Shown here piece after piece: positions 40,259 through 47,624 of a stretch of DNA of 52,940 nucleotides. The notes below the pieces were generated by a model. The model had not been told where the DNA came from. It did not search any database and worked only from the letters and a program-made list of their open reading frames with translations. The stretch is from Aestuariivirga sp. GTDB taxonomy: Bacteria; Pseudomonadota; Alphaproteobacteria; Rhizobiales; Aestuariivirgaceae. Where the stretch lies: positions 1 to 52,940 of the forward strand of contig JAYUPT010000005.1 of the NCBI GenBank assembly GCA_043759965.1, written 5' to 3'. The position numbers were made by a program, and so were the translations under genes. Numbering within the stretch: position 1 is the first letter of the stretch; each line of letters starts with the position of its first letter.

Positions 40259-41798
40259 TTTTCACTCCGCCTTCGGAAAGTCTGCGATCGACAAAATCAT
40301 TCAGCCCATCGCGGATGCTTTCTTCCATGTAAGGCTGTTGATATTCGGCCAGCGCTTGTTTGTAAACGGTGTTGGCGCGTTTCAGCGCATCGGGCGAACC
40401 AGCGGCGAGCCATTGCGGATTGTTGCGCCAATCAGAAATAATCGGCTGATAGAAAGCGTTGGAATAGCGGTTCAAGGTGTGCTGCGCGCCGAAGAAGTGC
40501 CCGCCCGGGCCAACTTCACGTATCGCTTCAACTCCGAGCGCATCTTCAGTGGTTTCAAGGGGTTGCAAGAATTCGCTGACCATTTGAATCAAGTCCACGT
40601 CCATAACAAACTTTTCAAACGAGGCCACCAAACCGCCTTCCAGCCAGCCCGCCCCATGCATGATAAAATTGCCGCCACCCATGGTGAGCGCCCAGAGCGA
40701 GAAGACCGACTCGTAAGCGGCTTGGGCATCCATCATATTGGCGGCACAGGTGTTGGACGTACGGTAGGGGATGTTATAGCGCCTGGCCATTTGGCCGCCC
40801 ACCATCACAGCCTTCATATATTCCGGCGTGCCAAAAGCCGGAGCGCCAGACTTCATATCAACATTGGACGTAAATCCGCCATAGATAACCGGCGCACCCT
40901 TTTTCACCAATTGGCAGAAGGCCAGCCCTGCCAAGGCTTCAGCGTTTTGCTCAACCACCGCGCCCGCCATGGTGACTGGGGCCATGGCCCCCGCCAGCGT
41001 GAACGGTGTTACGCAAACCACCTGCCCACGCGAAGACATTTCCATGATGCCGTTTAACATATAGGCATCAAGTTTCAGCGGCGAATTGGTGTTGATAATT
41101 GTGGTGAGAGTTGGTTCACGCTCAAACTGCTCATGGGAAACGCCACGCGCCAGCCGCGAAATTTCAATGCCATCTTGAATGCGGTGGGCCCCCAATGAAT
41201 AAGCCGTCATTGGTTTATCCATCAGCGTTGCCATATCGCGTAAGGCTTCAAGATGGCGAATGCCGGAATGCAAATCGACAGGTTCAACAGGATAGCCTGC
41301 ACTGAAATTGATGGCGTTAAAATGCTGGCCGAGTTTTAAGAACTTTTGATAATCGGCACGGTTGCCCGTGCGCCTGCCACCATCAACATCGTGGCATGAG
41401 GGCGGCGAGCCGACCGTGCCAAAGACCATATTGTTGCCACCAATTTGCATATTCTGCGCGGGGTTTCTGGCATGGACTGTGAATTCTGAAGGGGCGTGGG
41501 AAATCAATTCTTCGAGAAGGCCTGCTTCAAAGCGCACACGTTCGCCATCAATTTCGGCACCCGCTTTTTTCCACATGTCGCGCGCTTCATCATCCAAAAA
41601 ATCCATACCAATTTCGGCGAGAACTTTGAGCGAGGACAAATGGATTGATTCAACTTCGTCAGCACTGATGATATTGGTTGCAGGAAACATGCGCTTCACT
41701 TTGCGCGGCGGCAGCTGCGGAATGGCGGCACCTCCGCCTGCCCCTGGATTGGCCCTGGCTCCACCACGGCGGGGGCGGCGGGTTTCTGCTTCACTCAT
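40248..41798 (-). CDS. Trimethylamine methyltransferase (MttB) superfamily protein, non-pyrrolysine
   Basis: INTNSPLKLD, TPFTLAGAMAPVT, DMKSGAPAFGTPE, DAQAAYES, GPGGHFFG; no in-frame amber codon. Confidence 0.9.
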   Translation of the reverse strand: MSEAETRRPRRGGARANPGAGGGAAIPQLPPRKVKRMFPATNIISADEVESIHLSSLKVLAEIGMDFLDDEARDMWKKAGAEIDGERVRFEAGLLEELISHAPSEFTVHARNPAQNMQIGGNNMVFGTVGSPPSCHDVDGGRRTGNRADYQKFLKLGQHFNAINFSAGYPVEPVDLHSGIRHLEALRDMATLMDKPMTAYSLGAHRIQDGIEISRLARGVSHEQFEREPTLTTIINTNSPLKLDAYMLNGIMEMSSRGQVVCVTPFTLAGAMAPVTMAGAVVEQNAEALAGLAFCQLVKKGAPVIYGGFTSNVDMKSGAPAFGTPEYMKAVMVGGQMARRYNIPYRTSNTCAANMMDAQAAYESVFSLWALTMGGGNFIMHGAGWLEGGLVASFEKFVMDVDLIQMVSEFLQPLETTEDALGVEAIREVGPGGHFFGAQHTLNRYSNAFYQPIISDWRNNPQWLAAGSPDALKRANTVYKQALAEYQQPYMEESIRDGLNDFVDRRLSEGGVKTDF

Positions 41799-42706
41799 TT
41801 CTTATCATCCTTCAAAACTTCAAGCATCGGATCAGCGGCCACTTGTTTTACCAACCAGTCTTCAAAGCGTTTGATTTTTGATTTGGTGCGATGCTCAGCA
41901 TTGCAGGCAAAATACCAATGGTGCTTGTGTTCCACGCGCAGTGGAAAAGGCACTTCCAAGCGACCGAGTTTAATATCTTCAGTGGCATAAGGCCCAATGG
42001 TCATGGCAAGTCCCCGGCCCTCTATCGAAGCTTCTTGTGCCAAAATATAAGAATCAACAGCTAGTCGATTGGCGGGCTTAATGCCCTTAACACCAGCGGC
42101 CTCCAGCCAAATTTGCCAATCTTCCTCGGCGGTATAAACATCAATCAGTTTTTGCTTTTTGAGATCTTCAAGAGCTCTGATTTTAAGTGAAGGTGCGGCA
42201 ACGGGCTGCAAATAAGATTTGAACAGCGGCCGATAATAATGCCCCGGCATTTTGTTACGCGCCAGAATGAGGCCCACATCCACATTGCGCTCATCAAAAT
42301 CCCAATCGAAATAAGATGTAGAGAGCCTAACTTTTGTATCAGGATATTTGCGTTCAAAATCATGCAAGCGCGGGATGAGCCATTTGAGCGCCACGGTGAC
42401 ATAAACTTGAATGGTGAGTTCATTATCTGTGGTTGAGGGGCGCAAGGCTCTGGTTTGCGCTTCAATCTGGTCAAAGGCATCGCGCACGGTGGGGTAATAG
42501 GTTTGGCCCAGCTGCGTGAGTTCGGCGCGCCTTGCATCGCGGCGGAACAACAGCACATCTAAGCGTTGTTCCAAGAGTTTCACCTGATGGCTCACAGCAG
42601 AGCGTGTGACCCCAAGTTCGCCGGCAGCAAGTCTGAAGCTGCCAAGCCTCGCTGCGGCTTCAAAAGCGGATAATGCGCGTAACGGCGGCAAGTCTCGTCT
42701 GGCCAA
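41795..42706 (-). CDS. LysR-family regulator, GcvA-like
   Basis: LPPLRALSAFEAAARLGSFRLAAGELGVTRSAVSHQVKLLE HTH; WLIPRL; stop overlaps the mttB start (ATGA). Confidence 0.93.
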   Translation of the reverse strand: MARRDLPPLRALSAFEAAARLGSFRLAAGELGVTRSAVSHQVKLLEQRLDVLLFRRDARRAELTQLGQTYYPTVRDAFDQIEAQTRALRPSTTDNELTIQVYVTVALKWLIPRLHDFERKYPDTKVRLSTSYFDWDFDERNVDVGLILARNKMPGHYYRPLFKSYLQPVAAPSLKIRALEDLKKQKLIDVYTAEEDWQIWLEAAGVKGIKPANRLAVDSYILAQEASIEGRGLAMTIGPYATEDIKLGRLEVPFPLRVEHKHHWYFACNAEHRTKSKIKRFEDWLVKQVAADPMLEVLKDDKK

Positions 42707-42789
42707 GGGAATTCACCTATCGGTTAGAGCTGCGGAGCTTGTAACATAGCTGAAATAAGCTGTTTAGGGAGGGGGTGTGGAAAATGGTG

Positions 42790-42804
42790 GTGATATTTTT
42801 TCAC
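42790..42804. promoter_or_regulatory. Putative LysR (T-N11-A) box 1
   Basis: GTGA-tattttt-TCAC dyad about 85 bp upstream of the LysR start. Confidence 0.45.
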
Positions 42805-42830
42805 ACCGCGACGACATTTTCTTCAATTTC

Positions 42831-42858
42831 TTGACAGTGTTTCACAACATGCTACAGT
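42831..42858 (+). promoter_or_regulatory. higBA promoter, probably leaderless
   Basis: TTGACA-N16-TACAGT; ATG 5 nt after the -10; no Shine-Dalgarno. Confidence 0.55.
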
Positions 42859-42863
42859 AAGCC

Positions 42864-43142
42864 ATGATTGTATCATTCAAAAGCAAAGCTCTTTCGGACC
42901 TTTGGCAGAAGGGTGATACATCTAAGATTGATGGCAGAATGCACGCCCGCATTTTACGGCGACTTTATGCCTTGAATGTTACAATGGCACCTGAGGGCAT
43001 GAATATTCCGGGGAATAACTTTCATACATTACGCGGATTTACGCCGACCCGTTACACAGTCCACGTTAACGGCCCTTGGTGCGTTACTTTTTGTTTTCAA
43101 GACGGTGACGCACATGAAGTTGATTTTGAACAGTATCATTGA
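42864..43142 (+). CDS. higB: HigB-like RelE/ParE toxin
   Basis: MIVSFKSKAL...FHTLRG...VNGPWCVTF...VDFEQYH; toxin-first order. Confidence 0.88.
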   Translation: MIVSFKSKALSDLWQKGDTSKIDGRMHARILRRLYALNVTMAPEGMNIPGNNFHTLRGFTPTRYTVHVNGPWCVTFCFQDGDAHEVDFEQYH

Positions 43143-43153
43143 GGAAATTGGAT

Positions 43154-43471
43154 ATGACATTACACCGTGTGAAAGTTAATGTTGACCGCGCTCCCACACA
43201 CCCCGGTGAAATTTTGCGCGAAGATGTTTTGCCTGCGCTGAACATGCCAGTGAGTACGGCCGCTACGCAGCTTGGTGTGAGCCGCGCTATGTTGCACCGA
43301 ATTTTATCTGGCACTCACGGCGTTTCGCCCAATATGGCTTTGCGGCTTGGAAAATTCTGCGGCAATGGACCAGAGCTTTGGTTGAACATGCAAAGGGCGC
43401 ATGATCTTTGGCATGCGGAGCGAGAGATGCGGGCTGAGCTTGCGAAGATACCGACGCATAAGGCTGCGTGA
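43154..43471 (+). CDS. higA: HigA-family antitoxin (HTH)
   Basis: PTHPGEILRED, MALRLGK, ELWLNMQ; GAGG RBS before ATG 43154. Confidence 0.9.
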   Translation: MTLHRVKVNVDRAPTHPGEILREDVLPALNMPVSTAATQLGVSRAMLHRILSGTHGVSPNMALRLGKFCGNGPELWLNMQRAHDLWHAEREMRAELAKIPTHKAA

Positions 43472-43472
43472 T

Positions 43473-43925
43473 TTGACTAGAACCAAGCAAATCTTTTTGT
43501 TTGAATGTTGGCTTTTAGCAACCATTGTCTTGATCACATTTTGGTTTTTTGGGAAACCTGCGGATGACGTTGCACGACTAGCAAGAAGTTCAAAGTCATT
43601 TGCACCTGAGCGCCTAATTGAGGGCGAGTGGACATTCTTTTGTGCAAGTGGCAACGCTGACATTGACAGTGCGGCCACTCACTTTGTTTTGGCTTCGCGC
43701 TTCGCGCAGAAAAATAGTCTAAAATATGATGGGCCATCAAAATATCAAAATGACTGGAATGGTTGGCCCGTAATTTTTGTGAATAGAAATGGTAACTACA
43801 AAGTCTATGCCCTCTATTTTCACGAGTTCACTTTTTCTAATGAAACCGAATTGTGTGGGAAGATCGGAAGTTCTGCTATTGAAGTTGCTGCCGATGGAAG
43901 TATGCAGATTATCTCAAAGCGTTGA
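43473..43925 (+). CDS. Hypothetical membrane-anchored protein
   Basis: TTG 1 nt after the higA stop; N-terminal hydrophobic segment (WLLATIVLITFWFF); AT-richer sequence; no family recognised. Confidence 0.55.
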   Translation: MTRTKQIFLFECWLLATIVLITFWFFGKPADDVARLARSSKSFAPERLIEGEWTFFCASGNADIDSAATHFVLASRFAQKNSLKYDGPSKYQNDWNGWPVIFVNRNGNYKVYALYFHEFTFSNETELCGKIGSSAIEVAADGSMQIISKR

Positions 43926-43943
43926 AGACAATCAAATCGAAAT

Positions 43944-43960
43944 GGTGAGTCAAACTCACC
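43944..43960. promoter_or_regulatory. Putative LysR (T-N11-A) box 2
   Basis: GGTGAGT-caa-ACTCACC dyad about 110 bp upstream of the second mttB. Confidence 0.5.
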
Positions 43961-44022
43961 ACCGCTCATTCAAATCTGCCGCTTTGAACTTGGAGCGAAT
44001 GAGGGCACAATACCCCATCAAT

Positions 44023-44050
44023 CGTCATCACGACGAAAGTCGAGATGACG
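44023..44050. repeat. Single-hairpin remnant of the GTCAT/ATGAC repeat family (copy E)
   Basis: CGTCAT-CACGAC-GAAA-GTCGAG-ATGACG; left-arm sequence of copy C joined directly to the ATGAC end. Confidence 0.65.
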
Positions 44051-44069
44051 GAGTTTTGGGGAATTTAAC

Positions 44070-45650
44070 ATGAGCCTAGTTGAAGATGTAACCAAGCGCC
44101 GAGGGGGCCGTGATGCGCGGCGCACTTTGCGTTCTACTGCAATTCCCATGTCCAAGGCCGCGGTTCGGCCTGGCATGGTGGGTGGGCAATATAAGCCGCT
44201 GAAGGATGCGGATATGGTTCGCATCCATCAAACAGCGCTGAAACTTTTGAATGATGTAGGTTTGGCTCGCGCCATTCCGTCTTGCATTGAAGCGATGACG
44301 GCGCGGGGGTGTTTTATGCGCGACAATGGGCGGCTTTGCATTCCATCCGCTTTGGTGGAGGATATTCTCGCGTCATGTGCCAAGAATTTCGTTCTCCATG
44401 CGCGAAAGCCTGAGCTGGATATGGAGCCTTGGGGCAACAAGGTTTATTTTGGCACGGCGGGTGCTGCTGTGCATATAGTTGAGATTGAATCGAATTCTTA
44501 TCGCGAATCTTATCTGGCTGATCTTTATGACGCGGCGCGGATTGTGGACACGTGCGAGCACATTCATTTTTTCCAGCGTTCACTGACCGCGCGCGATATG
44601 CTGAACGGGCATGATCTCGACATTAACACACTCTATGCCTCGCTTGCAGGCACGCAGAAACATGTGGGCACTTCGATGGTGGAACCTGCACATGTGGAAG
44701 AGTGTTTGCAGATTTTGCACTATGTGGCTGGTGGTGAGAAAAAGTGGCGAGAGCGGCCGTTTGTTTCGCAATCAAATTGCTTTGTGGTGCCGCCCTTGAA
44801 TTTTGCTGAAGATGCGTGCGCCTGTTTGGAAGTGGCGGCGCGGGGCGGAATGCCAGTGTTGCTCTTATCGGCGGCGCAAGCGGGGGCTACGGCTCCGGCT
44901 GCTTTGGCTGGCACAGTGGTGCAAGCGGTGGCTGAATGTTTGGCTGGTTTGGTTTACATCAATTGTGTGGTGCCGGGTGCCATTGCCATTTGGGGGCCGT
45001 GGCCGTTTGTATCGGATTTACGCACCGGTGCCATGAGTGGTGGTTCGGGTGAGCAGGCTTTGATCACCTCGGCTTGCGCGCAGATGGGGCATTATTTTGG
45101 CCTCACTGTGGGTTCAGCTGCTGGCATGTGTGATGCTAAAATGCCGGATATTCAAGCTGGCTATGAAAAAGGTTTGACCGCTGGAATTTCGGCAATGAGT
45201 GGCATTAACTTGATGTATGAATCGGCGGGTATGCACGCCTCATTGCTGGGCTTCTGTTTAGAGAGCCTTCTCATCGATAATGATATGCTGGGTGCCATTA
45301 ACCGCAACGTGCGTGGCATTGAGGTGACGGAAGATACGCTGTCGCTCGATGTGATTACTGAGACGTGCCTTGAGGGGCCGGGGCATTATTTAGGTTCCAA
45401 TCAAACGCTGACCATGATGCAGACTGAATATATTTATCCGGCCATGGCCAACCGCATGAGCCCTAAAGAATGGAACGAGGCTGGCAAGCCTGATATTTTA
45501 TCGAAAGCAATTGCGCGGAAGAAGGAAATTCTTTCGACTTATTATCCAGAGTATATTCCCTTGGAGATTGACGCGATTATCCGCCAACACCACGACATTA
45601 AATTGCCAAGAGAAGTGATGGAGATTGGCGACCCGCGCTGGATGAAGTAA
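44070..45650 (+). CDS. Trimethylamine methyltransferase (MttB) superfamily protein, non-pyrrolysine
   Basis: YFGTAGAA, CFVVPPL, AQAGATAPAALAG, SDLRTGAMSGGSGE, DAKMPDIQAGYEK, GPGHYLG; no amber codon. Confidence 0.9.
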   Translation: MSLVEDVTKRRGGRDARRTLRSTAIPMSKAAVRPGMVGGQYKPLKDADMVRIHQTALKLLNDVGLARAIPSCIEAMTARGCFMRDNGRLCIPSALVEDILASCAKNFVLHARKPELDMEPWGNKVYFGTAGAAVHIVEIESNSYRESYLADLYDAARIVDTCEHIHFFQRSLTARDMLNGHDLDINTLYASLAGTQKHVGTSMVEPAHVEECLQILHYVAGGEKKWRERPFVSQSNCFVVPPLNFAEDACACLEVAARGGMPVLLLSAAQAGATAPAALAGTVVQAVAECLAGLVYINCVVPGAIAIWGPWPFVSDLRTGAMSGGSGEQALITSACAQMGHYFGLTVGSAAGMCDAKMPDIQAGYEKGLTAGISAMSGINLMYESAGMHASLLGFCLESLLIDNDMLGAINRNVRGIEVTEDTLSLDVITETCLEGPGHYLGSNQTLTMMQTEYIYPAMANRMSPKEWNEAGKPDILSKAIARKKEILSTYYPEYIPLEIDAIIRQHHDIKLPREVMEIGDPRWMK

Positions 45651-45660
45651 GAGGTCAAGG

Positions 45661-46287
45661 ATGGAACACCCCATCCTCACCCGCATCGCCCGCGAAACAT
45701 TTACGCCGCTGGGTTGGTTTTCACCTGCTGATATGGGCGAGACCAAGCAAGTTATTCTCATTGGCAATGTGGGGCCTGATATGTTTCGGCGTTTTACGCG
45801 GTCTGGTGCGCCCACCATGGATGAGTGGACACGGGCGGTGGTGGAACCATTGGCGGAGGACTTGGGTGCAAGAGCCGTGTTTCCATTTGATAAGCCCGCC
45901 CTGCCCTTTCTCTCATGGGCAAGGCGCGGAGGTGCCGGGCATGTTTCTCCGCTGGGTTTAAACATACATTCCACATATGGATTATGGCACGCATATCGAG
46001 CTGCTTTATTATTTCCCGTTGAATTTGATTTGCCACGCAGTTCTGCTGGCGCTCACCCTTGTGAAGCTTGCATTTCGAAACCATGCCTATCTGCCTGCCC
46101 GGTTAGCGCTTTTGACGGTTCTACCTATAATGTTGCCGCTTGTGGTGAGCACATCAAAACTGAACAAGGGGCAGACTGCATGGATGCTGGATGTTTGGCG
46201 CGCAGGGCTTGCCCTGTTGGCCAAAGTTTTACATATTCAAAACCACAAGCACAATTTCATATGAGGGCGTTTCGTGAGCTACGATAG
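45661..46287 (+). CDS. 4Fe-4S protein with a QueG/RdhA-like segment
   Basis: SPLGLNIHSTYGLWHAYRAAL followed by CEACISKPCLSACP and C..C...GCLARRACP Cys clusters. Confidence 0.7.
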   Translation: MEHPILTRIARETFTPLGWFSPADMGETKQVILIGNVGPDMFRRFTRSGAPTMDEWTRAVVEPLAEDLGARAVFPFDKPALPFLSWARRGGAGHVSPLGLNIHSTYGLWHAYRAALLFPVEFDLPRSSAGAHPCEACISKPCLSACPVSAFDGSTYNVAACGEHIKTEQGADCMDAGCLARRACPVGQSFTYSKPQAQFHMRAFRELR

Positions 46288-47185
46288 AATTAAGAAAAAA
46301 CTTGCTGCTGGCGAAACCATCATTCTGGATGGCGGCACCGGCACTGATATTCAACGCCGTGGTGCGCCCATGAGTGGTGAGACATGGTGTGCTGATGTGA
46401 ACGCCACACATGGCGAAATTATTCGTGCCGTGCATGATGATTATATTCGCGTTGGCTCTGATATTATTGCCGCCAACACTTTTGCCACAAGCCCTCTTTC
46501 GTTTAACGCCTATGGCCGCGATACCGAGTTGGCTACCCTTGATGCATTAGCAGTGGGTTATGCCAAGGCTGCGGCAGAAGGGCATGATGTGGCAGTGGCC
46601 GGATCATTCTCCACACAACGCCCAGTTATTGTGGGCACTGATCGTACTGATTTGAGCAAGAACTGGACTCGCAATGAAGCCATGGTTTTGTTTCGCCGCA
46701 AAGCCCAGCACTTAAAGACACTTGGTGTTGATCTGATTATGATGGAGATGATGCGCGACACTGATTACTCCTTATGGGCCTGCGAAGCTGCCATGGAAAC
46801 GGGGCTTCCGGTGTGGATTGGCATCTCGGTTGAAAAGCACGGTGATGAGTTGACTGGCTTTGGCCGTGAAGATCAAAACTTTGAAGATGTGGCGCAAGCT
46901 CTGTCCGCGCTAAAGCCTGAAGTCATTTCAATTATGCACACATCACCAAACACCACCGACGAAGCGCTTTCTGTTTTGAGAAAATATTGGCATGGCCCGA
47001 TCGGCACTTATCCTGAATGCGGATATCATGCAGCCCCTGATTGGCAATTTGTTGATGTGATTGCGCCTGCTGATTTGGTGCAGAAATCATATGATTGGCA
47101 CAAGTTGGGGGCCACGATTTATGGGGGCTGCTGTGGTATTGGACCAGACCATATTCACGCCTTGGCCAAAGAATTCAAACAATGA
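46274..47185 (+). CDS. Homocysteine S-methyltransferase family protein
   Basis: ILDGGTGT, HDDYIRVGSDII, ANTF, GTYP, YGGCCGIGPDHI. Confidence 0.88.
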   Translation: MSYDRIKKKLAAGETIILDGGTGTDIQRRGAPMSGETWCADVNATHGEIIRAVHDDYIRVGSDIIAANTFATSPLSFNAYGRDTELATLDALAVGYAKAAAEGHDVAVAGSFSTQRPVIVGTDRTDLSKNWTRNEAMVLFRRKAQHLKTLGVDLIMMEMMRDTDYSLWACEAAMETGLPVWIGISVEKHGDELTGFGREDQNFEDVAQALSALKPEVISIMHTSPNTTDEALSVLRKYWHGPIGTYPECGYHAAPDWQFVDVIAPADLVQKSYDWHKLGATIYGGCCGIGPDHIHALAKEFKQ

Positions 47186-47565
47186 AATCCGGATCATGTT
47201 TATGTGGCTCTGTTGCCTTTGAAATACATGGGCCTATGGATGACGTGGTTGCCTGCCATTGCACGCAATGCCGCAAGATGACGGGAAATTATTGGGCATC
47301 TACCCATGTGGCAGATTCCGATTTAAAGTTTACCAAGCAAGATGGTTTGAAATGGTTTGCTTCAAGTGCAGAAGCCAAACGCGGGTTTTGCAAAGAGTGT
47401 GGTTCAAGTCTTTTTTGGAAATCCAATGATAGTCAAGCGACATCCCTTTGCGCAGGCGCAATCGATGGCAAAACTGATTTGAAATTGGGCGGGCATATTT
47501 ATTGTGAATCGGCTGGCGACTATTATGAGATTGTTGGCGGGGCCTATCAAAAAGCCAAGTGGTAA
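47182..47565 (+). CDS. GFA / CENP-V family zinc protein
   Basis: GSCLCG, CHCTQCRK, RGFCKECGS; ATGA overlap with the upstream gene. Confidence 0.9.
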   Translation: MKSGSCLCGSVAFEIHGPMDDVVACHCTQCRKMTGNYWASTHVADSDLKFTKQDGLKWFASSAEAKRGFCKECGSSLFWKSNDSQATSLCAGAIDGKTDLKLGGHIYCESAGDYYEIVGGAYQKAKW

Positions 47566-47624
47566 GGTTGCCCACAGGCTGAATTGCAACTGGTATGTTT
47601 GGTGATTACTTGTAACTTGAATCA

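Noticed and set aside
40035-41057. 340-aa plus-strand ORF
   Set aside because: Antisense shadow of mttB and psuK with no protein-family motifs.
4440-44050. Palindromic repeats as a CRISPR array or integron attC sites
   Set aside because: They are dispersed inverted dyads, not regularly spaced direct repeats; no cas or integrase gene is present.
40248-45650. Pyrrolysine recoding in the mttB genes
   Set aside because: Neither gene has an in-frame TAG, and no pyl genes are in the window.
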